From positions 32,001 to 96,000 of the IMG/VR virus record IMGVR_UViG_3300028027_000047: 64,000 nucleotides of DNA. One strand, 5' to 3'. The position numbers and the translations under genes were made by a program. The stretch is from a virus. Under the pieces are notes generated by a model. The model was not told the origin of the DNA. It was given only the letters and a program-made list of their open reading frames with translations, and made no database searches. How positions within the stretch are numbered: the stretch's first letter is position 1; each line of letters opens with the position of its first letter. Of the stretch, positions 55,792-63,504 are shown one piece after another.

Positions 55792-56376
55792 ATGCGTAAT
55801 TTGAATACAATATTTTTTTCTTCTAATTTTTTTGATTTAAATATAGATAAAAATGAGTCAGATATTATTAATGAACTGTTTTTACATTGTAAAAGTAAGT
55901 TTAATTTAGAGTTTAATATGGAAATAATAAATGAACAGTCTGATGGAGACGGAATATCTGTAATTGTAGTAAGCGATTATGATACAGAAATAGTGTTTGA
56001 AGACACTGCAGATATATTAAGGTTCCCAGATAAAAAAAGAATAAGTGCTAGCCCTGGCGACATTATTTCTTTCCACAGCTCAAATAATTTTATATCTAAT
56101 CAAACAATTAAATTGTATAACTTTAATTACAAGATAGATGAAAAAGTTTTTGGGGAGGGGTCAAAGTTATTTGAGGTAACGGCCACCCTTAAAGACGAAT
56201 ACAAGATAAGGGTTAAATCTGATAGCTATGAGGATGCAATAAAACAGGCCTACTCAATAAATCTTACAGAATGGAAGCACGTGGAATTAAATACTAATCT
56301 TCCATCTATTCAGATAAACAGATATACTAAATGGGGAATGCTTGATGCATTTGAGTTGCCCAAAAATCCTGGTTGA
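55792..56376 (+). CDS. Hypothetical protein
   Basis: SD GAAAGG before ATG 55792. Confidence 0.55.
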   Translation: MRNLNTIFFSSNFFDLNIDKNESDIINELFLHCKSKFNLEFNMEIINEQSDGDGISVIVVSDYDTEIVFEDTADILRFPDKKRISASPGDIISFHSSNNFISNQTIKLYNFNYKIDEKVFGEGSKLFEVTATLKDEYKIRVKSDSYEDAIKQAYSINLTEWKHVELNTNLPSIQINRYTKWGMLDAFELPKNPG

Positions 56377-56408
56377 CTTTTCTACTCTAAAGTGAGATAA
56401 TGATTTGT

Positions 56409-57005
56409 ATGATAGAAAAAACAGATCCTATGTCAGAAAAATTAGGCAATAGCATTGATAATATAAAAATTATTAAAAACTATATGCCGCATAATCATAT
56501 TGATGAAATTTTAAGCTACACTGATCTATACCTTGACAAAAATCCAACATTAGATTTAAAAATTAAAATTAAAAATGCTTATTCTCAAAGAGAGCTTTTA
56601 AAAGCATACGAGTACCTGCTTAGATCTGAAGCCGAAAAGCTTTATGGCTGGGAGTTTGAAAGAGATAGAACAGTAGACTTTAATAATCGTGAGGCTGGTT
56701 CCTCTGTTCCAGAGCATACAGATATGATTCAACCTCATTTTTTTGATCCGCTCGAACCAGTATATTCTTGGTATCAAAATCAATATTCTTGGAGCGGACA
56801 TCTATCTTTAATCGTATATCTAAATGATGATTTTGAAGGCGGGGAGTTGGTATTCCCGCAGCACAACTTAACAATTAAACCAGAAAAGGGAATGCTTATT
56901 GCTTTTCCTGGAAACCTTTACTTCCATCATGAAGTCAAAGAGGTTAAGTCTGGAACAAGAAAAACAATTTCTTTATGGACAAAATTTAAAGGATTTTCTT
57001 TATGA
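56409..57005 (+). CDS. 2OG-Fe(II) oxygenase
   Basis: HTD...YLNDDFEGGELVF...FPG...HEV...GTRKT. Confidence 0.88.
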   Translation: MIEKTDPMSEKLGNSIDNIKIIKNYMPHNHIDEILSYTDLYLDKNPTLDLKIKIKNAYSQRELLKAYEYLLRSEAEKLYGWEFERDRTVDFNNREAGSSVPEHTDMIQPHFFDPLEPVYSWYQNQYSWSGHLSLIVYLNDDFEGGELVFPQHNLTIKPEKGMLIAFPGNLYFHHEVKEVKSGTRKTISLWTKFKGFSL

Positions 57006-57172
57006 AAAGAATAATATGCATGATCAAGGGCCATATGTCTAGAGAGTCTAGCTGTCCATTTACTGGGAATCTGTATGACATATGTGACAATTGTGGCAAG
57101 AAAAATGTAATCGGCAACATATCTAATCAATACAAATTTGATGAGATAAATAAGACTTGGAGAACAATATGA
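57002..57172 (+). CDS. Small zinc-binding protein (56 aa, not in track)
   Basis: CMIKGH...CPFTG...CDNCG. Confidence 0.65.
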   Translation: MKRIICMIKGHMSRESSCPFTGNLYDICDNCGKKNVIGNISNQYKFDEINKTWRTI

Positions 57173-57300
57173 TACCTATCGGAACTATAGAATGTGAAAC
57201 ATGCAATGAAACTATTGAATTAACTGTAAACCATTTGCTAGAATCTGGTAATTATTGTCAATCTTGCTATCAAAAGGATGTTGACAAAATAAATGGCTAG
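57169..57300 (+). CDS. Small zinc-finger protein (43 aa, not in track)
   Basis: CETC...CQSCY. Confidence 0.55.
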   Translation: MIPIGTIECETCNETIELTVNHLLESGNYCQSCYQKDVDKING

Positions 57301-58024
57301 AGACTGTGTTTGTGGAAGATCCCTTAAGTTTCCATATTGTGATGGCACACACAATAGGTTAGAGAAGCTTAATTTAAAACCAGCACCTCCTAAAGATACA
57401 TCGACTATACACGGAATGCTGCTCGATGATGGGCTTCCGTACAAAGTATATAAAAATCTTATGCCAGAGGAAACAAGAATAAGGCTTTTAAATATGATGA
57501 AGACATTGGATCAAGAGTTTTGGCACGACAGCTCTTGCACAAATGACCCAGTAGATCAACTACGAATGCATATGCCAAGATCAATTAATCATGAGTTATG
57601 GAAAGTTGGCGCAGAAAATTACCTTGAATGGGCAAAGCTATTTAATGCAGAAGTTAACAATGTCAGCTACTCACACCCGCTAGACCATGGAAGAATTGTA
57701 GACAGAAGAGGCCCAGGTGCCTTCTTAGGAAAGCATCAAGACGTTCCAACTGGAGATTTTGCTAAATATTTTGGAGCAGCTCCAGGTGAATCTTTAATGG
57801 AATTTACTCAAATTTTTTATTGGAATGATGATTTTGAAGGGGGCGAGCTAGTATTTTGTGAAAGCGACTTTATAAAAGAGCCAATAGTCTACAAACCAGT
57901 TGCTGGTGACGTAATAGTTTTTAGATCCCACCATGAGCACGAGATACTCCCAATTATTGCTGGCGAAAGATACTCTTCCCAATATTTCTTCTACAACAAG
58001 AAAAAGCCTAGACCCCCTGCTTAA
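57293..58024 (+). CDS. CDGSH iron-sulfur domain fused to a 2OG-Fe(II) oxygenase
   Basis: CVCGRSLKFPYCDGTH; HQD...WNDDFEGGEL...HEI...GERYS. Confidence 0.82.
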   Translation: MARDCVCGRSLKFPYCDGTHNRLEKLNLKPAPPKDTSTIHGMLLDDGLPYKVYKNLMPEETRIRLLNMMKTLDQEFWHDSSCTNDPVDQLRMHMPRSINHELWKVGAENYLEWAKLFNAEVNNVSYSHPLDHGRIVDRRGPGAFLGKHQDVPTGDFAKYFGAAPGESLMEFTQIFYWNDDFEGGELVFCESDFIKEPIVYKPVAGDVIVFRSHHEHEILPIIAGERYSSQYFFYNKKKPRPPA

Positions 58025-58063
58025 ACTATTGACTACATTTATGTTATATAGTATACTAACTAT

Positions 58064-58219
58064 ATGAAAAAAAATAATGTAGCAAAGTCCCAGGCTGGAA
58101 TAAAGCGCCAAAAGAAAAATTTAAAAAGGCTGGCATCCAAGCCTCAATCTAGTGCATTTGAAAGAAAGCAAGCATTAATTATGGAGCAGATGAGAATTAT
58201 CTCTAATGAAAGAGCCTAA
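58064..58219 (+). CDS. Small basic protein (51 aa, not in track)
   Basis: TTGACT-N17-TATACT-N6-ATG. Confidence 0.65.
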   Translation: MKKNNVAKSQAGIKRQKKNLKRLASKPQSSAFERKQALIMEQMRIISNERA

Positions 58220-58310
58220 AATAATGAAGATGGACTGGCGTTCGTTAGGGTATTGGCCAGTTTACAAAGATGGAAAACTTACATGGGAAAAGGATCCAGA
58301 AAATGATTGA
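58206..58310 (+). CDS. Small protein (34 aa, not in track)
   Basis: MKEPKIMKMDWRSLGYWPVYKDGKLTW. Confidence 0.5.
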   Translation: MKEPKIMKMDWRSLGYWPVYKDGKLTWEKDPEND

Positions 58311-58572
58311 TTGGTTAGTTAATAGAATATTTAGATGGGATTCACTTCGCAAGGCGGTATTTGATGAGGTAAGAATGTACCAGTCCATAGACAGATCAAT
58401 GTGGGAATATGAAAAAGAAGGACCAACTAATCTAACATGGTCAGAAGGAGATAGATGGTACGGGTGGACTTACAATAGTAACGCTAAGCGTTATTACTTT
58501 GATGATATTGGTAACGAATCATTAATAGGCTTATGGGAAGATCAATGGCTTCGTGAAGCGGATGCTCATTGA
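58303..58572 (+). CDS. Trp-rich hypothetical protein
   Basis: Probable start ATG 58303. Confidence 0.55.
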   Translation: MIDWLVNRIFRWDSLRKAVFDEVRMYQSIDRSMWEYEKEGPTNLTWSEGDRWYGWTYNSNAKRYYFDDIGNESLIGLWEDQWLREADAH

Positions 58573-58577
58573 CAATA

Positions 58578-58805
58578 ATGCTGAGTGCTTTCTGCGTTAT
58601 TTGTAATAAAAACGTAGACGGAAGGCTAACCGAGATGGTTGTCTTAGATTCAGGTAAATGGTTGCACAAAGGCGAATGTCCAAACTGTTTATATGAAATT
58701 AAGCGAATTGTCCCTAAAGACAGTTCAGGTTCCTATAATGGCCGTAGAGCAGTTTCCGAAACTGATAATGAAGGTCCGATTCCTTCACCTGAAGCTGATG
58801 AGTAA
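58578..58805 (+). CDS. Small zinc-ribbon protein (DUF5679-like) whose tail overlaps a tRNA-like element
   Basis: AFCVIC...KGECPNC...KRI. Confidence 0.6.
   Translation: MLSAFCVICNKNVDGRLTEMVVLDSGKWLHKGECPNCLYEIKRIVPKDSSGSYNGRRAVSETDNEGPIPSPEADE
58724..58794 (+). tRNA. tRNA-like element, anticodon CCG (Arg?), possibly degenerate
   Basis: ttcaggt/acctgaa; ctat/gtag; (g)cagt-ttCCGaa-actg(a); gaagg-tccgatt-ccttc; 71 nt. Confidence 0.6.
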
Positions 58806-58995
58806 ACAATGGGAAGACAAGTCTCAGTGGATCACACACTGCCCCATATGCTTTTGTTCAGTCACACATCAATTATATGACTTTCATATGCAATATCATG
58901 AAAATAAGATCGCAATTAGTGAAATCGGCGGCGGTAGAGAGATCCCAGTCAACTACGTTGACACATTTAGGGTAGGGTTTGATGAAAATTTGTAG
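58798..58995 (+). CDS. Small C2H2 zinc-finger protein
   Basis: CPIC...HMQYH; probable start 58798. Confidence 0.55.
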   Translation: MSKQWEDKSQWITHCPICFCSVTHQLYDFHMQYHENKIAISEIGGGREIPVNYVDTFRVGFDENL

Positions 58996-59527
58996 TTCAT
59001 GCAAGGTTGCTGAATCAATAAGTGGTAGCTATTGCAAGCCATGTAGGTCTATTTATAATGCTGCCTACCATAGAGCAAATCCAGAGAAAAGTAGACAAAC
59101 CAGTAAAAAATATGATAAAGAAAATAGAGACAAAAGAGTGGTTCATGAGCAAAAATATAAAAAATCCAACCCAGAGAAAGTAAAAGAATGGGGAAGAAAG
59201 AAAAATAGAAAGCGTGAAGCTTTAAAAAGAAACAATGCACATGCACCTTACTCTGAGAAGCAGGTTCTAGATAAGTATGGGAATTTATGCCATATCTGCC
59301 AAACCCCAATAGATTTATCTGCCCCAAGACAGTGTGGTAAGCCTGGATGGGATAATGGCTTGCATATAGATCACCTATATCCTTTATCAAAAGGTGGTTC
59401 AGATAACTTAGATAATGTTAGACCAGCACACGGAAGATGTAATGTAATTAAAAGTGCAAAGGTGTTTAAGGCAATGAGTGATAGCCCTTGGGGCACGATG
59501 AAGGCGGGGAAGCCTAAAGGTGTATAA
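58979..59527 (+). CDS. HNH endonuclease
   Basis: CHIC...HIDHLYPLSKGG...NVRPAHGRCN; N-terminal zinc finger. Confidence 0.88.
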   Translation: MMKICSSCKVAESISGSYCKPCRSIYNAAYHRANPEKSRQTSKKYDKENRDKRVVHEQKYKKSNPEKVKEWGRKKNRKREALKRNNAHAPYSEKQVLDKYGNLCHICQTPIDLSAPRQCGKPGWDNGLHIDHLYPLSKGGSDNLDNVRPAHGRCNVIKSAKVFKAMSDSPWGTMKAGKPKGV

Positions 59528-59571
59528 TAGTTCTATAAGGGAATATTCCCTTTAATAGAGAAAGAACTACA

Positions 59572-59769
59572 ATGGCATCACCAATGTGTAAGACATGTTC
59601 AATAGAGACAAATAGAGCAGCATGGGCAAACTATCCAGATATGCTCGATCTCTGCAAAATGTGCAAATCCTTTCAGAAATCCATAGAACATACAATAAAC
59701 TCAGCCGAAAAGATACGAAAGAAAGCTGCAGCAATAGGCAGTAAATTAGAGCATAAAGCAGTTGACTAG
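59572..59769 (+). CDS. Small zinc-binding protein
   Basis: CKTC...CKMC. Confidence 0.55.
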   Translation: MASPMCKTCSIETNRAAWANYPDMLDLCKMCKSFQKSIEHTINSAEKIRKKAAAIGSKLEHKAVD

Positions 59770-59797
59770 AATTATATCAATATAGTATAATTACTAT

Positions 59798-60082
59798 ATG
59801 GCTAAAAAGAAATATAAGGGTCAATCTAGAGCATCTATCGAAGCTGAGAAAAAGAAAAGTCTATCTGATATTGAAAAGACTAGACGCAAGCTTCAAGCAA
59901 TTGATGGGCGGGAATTGGAAAGTAAGAGACTTTCTGCTAAGGATATGATAGAACTCAATAGAGCAATACAAGACCTAGATAAGAATAAAGCTTTGATTGA
60001 AGATACATATATGGGAACACCTAGCCATAAAGTCTCAACCTGGACTAGAAAGTCTAAAGTCAATAAAAGCAAAATATGGTAA
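59798..60082 (+). CDS. Basic hypothetical protein
   Basis: TTGACT-N18-TATAAT-N6-ATG. Confidence 0.65.
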   Translation: MAKKKYKGQSRASIEAEKKKSLSDIEKTRRKLQAIDGRELESKRLSAKDMIELNRAIQDLDKNKALIEDTYMGTPSHKVSTWTRKSKVNKSKIW

Positions 60083-60091
60083 ACTAGAACT

Positions 60092-60691
60092 ATGAAAAAG
60101 ATCCTAATTGCTGATGTGATCAAAGATATATCTGACTCATACCTTGAAGAACGTGCTCTGAGAATTAAAGAGCTCACTGATCAGTTTAATATAACCAAAG
60201 ACGATGCAACTAATATTGTCGACAATTATAGTGATTATGATACTCAAGATTTGATTGCCAAAGCAATGGAAGCCTATGACCTAGATTTAGGCGAAGCAGA
60301 GATGTTTGTGGATGATCACCCAAATGAGTCTACATGGGCAGACTATGAGTCTGCAGCAGAGGCAATGGGTGTGGATATCACAGATGTTGATGATGATGAT
60401 GTTGAAGCAGTAAATATGGCGGGGGCAAGTGGAGAGATAGAATCTTCATCAGGACCCATAAGATACAAATACATACTAGGCATAGGATATATGGTTCATC
60501 TAGTGTTAAATGGCAAAGATATCATGTACCAGAATATAGAACCAGATGTAATGTCTGATTGGATAAATGCTGATTCTGCTGGAAATTACTATTTAGATAA
60601 TATTCGTAGCAATGTAGCTTTAGATCAAGAACTCTGTGGATGTAATGACAAGCCCTGTGTAGACACAGATATAGCACAAATTAACAGCTAA
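60092..60691 (+). CDS. Acidic protein with C-terminal KTSC-like domain
   Basis: MVHLVLNGKDIMYQNIEPDVMSDWINADSAGNYYLDNIR; leaderless start. Confidence 0.6.
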   Translation: MKKILIADVIKDISDSYLEERALRIKELTDQFNITKDDATNIVDNYSDYDTQDLIAKAMEAYDLDLGEAEMFVDDHPNESTWADYESAAEAMGVDITDVDDDDVEAVNMAGASGEIESSSGPIRYKYILGIGYMVHLVLNGKDIMYQNIEPDVMSDWINADSAGNYYLDNIRSNVALDQELCGCNDKPCVDTDIAQINS

Positions 60692-60726
60692 CTCCTATAT
60701 CCCCCTCCCATTTATCTCCTCTCTAA

Positions 60727-60748
60727 TAGCCCTTCTAGGGCTTTTTTT
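60727..60748 (+). terminator. Intrinsic terminator ending the plus-strand block
   Basis: agccc-ttcta-gggct followed by a T run. Confidence 0.75.
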
Positions 60749-61170
60749 GTGGAGTAAAGTGGAGCATTGTGGAGAATTTATACTATAGATAGCATATCAT
60801 ATACTATAGTTATATATAGTTAGATATACATATGTAATGACGCATCCTTAATAGATAACGTATCGTAATGTCTATTCATTTGGGCATACATGCATGCATA
60901 TTGATCCATATTTGTCAATAGATTTCATGAGGAATTTTGATCTATTTTGCCAAATTCTCTACACATTTGTCGACATTCTATATGTATAATTAATCATATA
61001 GACATATTGTGTAGCATTTTCAGGGATTTTTGTCAAGGCTTCGTAAATAGAAAATTTGGCCCAAGCTTCAGGGGTTTTGATCATGTATCGTAAATAGAAA
61101 ATTTGGCCCACATGCCCACACATACAAAAAATCCACAGGATGTGGATAACCCTGTGGATAATTTGGGCTA
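60748..61170. other. Non-coding strand-switch region; candidate replication origin or regulatory hub
   Basis: AT-rich stretch; TGTGGATAA at 61141 and 61153; inverted AAATCCACA at 61129; GTGGAG x3; 23-bp direct repeats. Confidence 0.5.
61041..61110. repeat. 23-bp perfect direct repeat x2 (47-bp period)
   Basis: tcgtaaatagaaaatttggccca at 61041 and 61088. Confidence 0.95.
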
Positions 61171-61222
61171 GATATGTTTATCTATCTAACCAGGCATTCG
61201 ATCTCTCATTGTATGTATGCCT

Positions 61223-61594
61223 CTATTGACTGAATGGGTCTTCTTCTTCCCGCCAACCAAAGATTCGTTCTCTTACTGGTTCCTCCCGTTTTACTTTGTA
61301 AGAACGGGACGGCAACTTAAGATTAACTAAGTTGTTATCTTGCTGATATGCCTTGATACATTCATTCAGTTCCTTGGCTAATGCTAGACCTTCTGTATAT
61401 GTACCTTGATTTGAATATACATCATACATCTTTGCCTGCTCTGATATTACTGATACAACCATTTCCATAATTCGGTCAATTGTATAGATTGGCTGTTCCG
61501 CCAGATATCGACCAAAGATAGTTGGATTGAACCAATGGTCATCCATTAGATTAACTAATGATTCTGCTACTTTGATTTCTTGTGTTTTACTCAT
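61223..61594 (-). CDS. Hypothetical protein
   Basis: ORF with upstream TTGACC-N17-TACAAT. Confidence 0.65.
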   Translation of the reverse strand: MSKTQEIKVAESLVNLMDDHWFNPTIFGRYLAEQPIYTIDRIMEMVVSVISEQAKMYDVYSNQGTYTEGLALAKELNECIKAYQQDNNLVNLKLPSRSYKVKREEPVRERIFGWREEEDPFSQ

Positions 61595-61681
61595 TCGTCC
61601 GCCTTCCGCCTAACTGTCAATTGTACCAAAAATAAGAGAGGAGGTCAAGGACCAACGAAGCCCCGACCTCCACCCCTGGAA

Positions 61682-61831
61682 TTACTTAGCCTTATTGCTT
61701 GGTGTTTCTGCAGTAAATGTAACGCCCTTGGCTACAGCTTCCGCTAGAGCTACCTTGGCTGCTCCTGAGAAACGACCACGTACACCGACTGTAATGCCTT
61801 GCTGCTTTAGATATTCACGCTTTGTTGTCAT
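61682..61831 (-). CDS. Stand-alone Lsr2-like DNA-binding domain protein (49 aa, not in track)
   Basis: MTTKREYLKQQGITVGVRGRFS; SD GAAAGGGG; own promoter and downstream hairpin. Confidence 0.7.
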   Translation of the reverse strand: MTTKREYLKQQGITVGVRGRFSGAAKVALAEAVAKGVTFTAETPSNKAK

Positions 61832-61862
61832 TTGAATCCCCTTTCAAGAGATGTTTTATTTA

Positions 61863-61918
61863 GTATATCAGTTTTCAGGGGTATTGTAAATACCCCTCGT
61901 AAGACAAAATTTTTGCCC
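61863..61918 (-). promoter_or_regulatory. Promoter of the Lsr2-like gene with an inverted repeat over the -35
   Basis: TTTACA-N17-TATACT with extended TG; aggggtatt-gta-aatacccct at 61877-61897. Confidence 0.65.
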
Positions 61919-62059
61919 CTACGAAAGATCTGCTTGTTCAATACGATCTTTAATTAATTTAGCAATGATGTTATGGGCCTCAATATTTTCTGTTTCGGAT
62001 CCACCCCACAAAAGCTTTTGTGCTGTATTTAATTGATCATTCAGGTAGTTGTCACTCAT
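61919..62059 (-). CDS. Small protein (46 aa, not in track)
   Basis: MSDNYLNDQLNTAQKLLWGGSETENIEAH. Confidence 0.6.
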   Translation of the reverse strand: MSDNYLNDQLNTAQKLLWGGSETENIEAHNIIAKLIKDRIEQADLS

Positions 62060-62369
62060 CTTCATCTTCGTCTTCTTCCTCTTCCTCAAACATTGTGTCT
62101 ACAATGTATTCACGATTCATCATCCATTCAAGTACATCGTCCTGATGTTGTTCCGCCCCGTACTCTAGAGAGAAGCCCTGGCCCGCCTCCACGGCCTCGC
62201 AGAGGTGCCCCCACATCTCGTCTATGGTGCAGTTCTGCTTGTAGGTCTCATCCTCAAAGATGTTGTTAATTGTCGACCACGTCCACAGCCATACTAGTGA
62301 CAGCCCTAGGTCCGTAGTGTCTAGAATCTTTAAACATTCGTTTAGTTTATCTTTGTCTTCAGGCTTCAT
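62052..62369 (-). CDS. Acidic hypothetical protein
   Basis: Coupled ORF with poly-E/D tail. Confidence 0.65.
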   Translation of the reverse strand: MKPEDKDKLNECLKILDTTDLGLSLVWLWTWSTINNIFEDETYKQNCTIDEMWGHLCEAVEAGQGFSLEYGAEQHQDDVLEWMMNREYIVDTMFEEEEEDEDEDE

Positions 62370-62635
62370 AGTGTACGTGCTCCAATCGCAAATGATAATT
62401 GATAAGTTAATTGATACAGTTCGACTAGCATATCTAGGCGACCTTCACATTCTGTACGGACCATAGAGTCCATTGCCTCTTCTGATATCTCTTCTTGTTC
62501 TATTGCACTTGCTAGGTCCTGCTCAGCAATGAGCATTAGATTCTTTAGTTCTCCGTGCATAATGTCAAGGCCCGATACTCCAGCGTTGACCATACGTTGC
62601 AAATGGGGCGGGAGCCCAATATCTTCTGCATTCAT
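62366..62635 (-). CDS. Hypothetical protein
   Basis: SD GAAAGGG. Confidence 0.65.
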   Translation of the reverse strand: MNAEDIGLPPHLQRMVNAGVSGLDIMHGELKNLMLIAEQDLASAIEQEEISEEAMDSMVRTECEGRLDMLVELYQLTYQLSFAIGARTL

Positions 62636-62636
62636 T

Positions 62637-62816
62637 TTATACCCTTTCGTTAGTAGAATTCATTATATCAGTAGCCACTGACAATAAATGCCTGGTTGCT
62701 TCAATTTGTCCTGGGATATCAATTACATTGATAGATTCAGGATTCATTTCTAAATCTTGTTCAAGACTAATTAAATGAAGTTTCATATACTCCATAAACT
62801 GTGATGACTTAGTCAT
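62637..62816 (-). CDS. Small protein (59 aa, not in track)
   Basis: SD AGGAG; MTKSSQFMEYMKLHLISLEQD. Confidence 0.65.
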   Translation of the reverse strand: MTKSSQFMEYMKLHLISLEQDLEMNPESINVIDIPGQIEATRHLLSVATDIMNSTNERV

Positions 62817-62924
62817 AGTAATATTCTCCTGTCTCTCTATTGAAGTATCTTACCATAGAGCACTGACAAGTAAAAATTCCAGGGACATCTGAACACTCCC
62901 AGTAATGCTGACATTTAGCCCCCA

Positions 62925-63101
62925 TTAGTCAAAGTACCCTTCTGCCCATAGGCCTTGCAGGAAATCATTTGCTTTCAACAAACCTTCAACTAAAGGGTCT
63001 TTGTCTACTTGCTCAACATCTGATTTCATAATATAAAAAAGCTTTGCATCGTGTATAGCATTAGACATCTGATCGATATCTTCTTTTGTGTAGCCTAACA
63101 T
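62925..63101 (-). CDS. Small protein
   Basis: SD GGAGG; start MLGYTKED. Confidence 0.65.
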   Translation of the reverse strand: MLGYTKEDIDQMSNAIHDAKLFYIMKSDVEQVDKDPLVEGLLKANDFLQGLWAEGYFD

Positions 63102-63271
63102 TATGCCTCCTCTAATTCCCAAGACGTATCGGGCCAACCTAAATCATATTTGATAATGCTTTCAACTTGGCCAAGGTCGTCAAGATGTCCATTGATTTTC
63201 TCAATTGCTTCTTCTTCGCTATTAGCGCCAACGGCGCCGTGTAATTTAATTACGAAGTTATAGTATGTCAT
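63101..63271 (-). CDS. Small protein (56 aa, not in track)
   Basis: MTYYNFVIKLHGAVGANSEEEAIEK; coupled at both ends. Confidence 0.65.
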   Translation of the reverse strand: MTYYNFVIKLHGAVGANSEEEAIEKINGHLDDLGQVESIIKYDLGWPDTSWELEEA

Positions 63272-63504
63272 TCTGCGTTCTCATCCCATTGTAGGTAGTA
63301 ATTATCTGTTGGACTTAAATCGTGAAACTGATTGAACCTGCCTTTTAGATAATTGCTGTTAGACATATCGGCAACACACCAATCGGCATATAGTTGCCCT
63401 TCATCTAAATTAGAGTTCATCCAATCTTCAACGAGTTGTTCTCCAATTTCAGAGAAGATTGCGTCAATCAACATTTCATTTTCATTTTCTAAGAAACTAG
63501 ACAT
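63268..63504 (-). CDS. Acidic hypothetical protein
   Basis: SD GAGG; coupled. Confidence 0.65.
   Translation of the reverse strand: MSSFLENENEMLIDAIFSEIGEQLVEDWMNSNLDEGQLYADWCVADMSNSNYLKGRFNQFHDLSPTDNYYLQWDENAE

Noticed and set aside
55488-55799. 103-aa plus-strand ORF
   Set aside because: Overlaps the minus-strand oxygenase, two promoters and tRNA-Asn
61041-61110. 23-bp repeats as a mini CRISPR array
   Set aside because: Only two copies, and the sequence between them is itself part of a longer repeated unit
62033-62466. Plus-strand ORFs in the final block
   Set aside because: Antisense to coupled minus-strand genes that carry SD sequences
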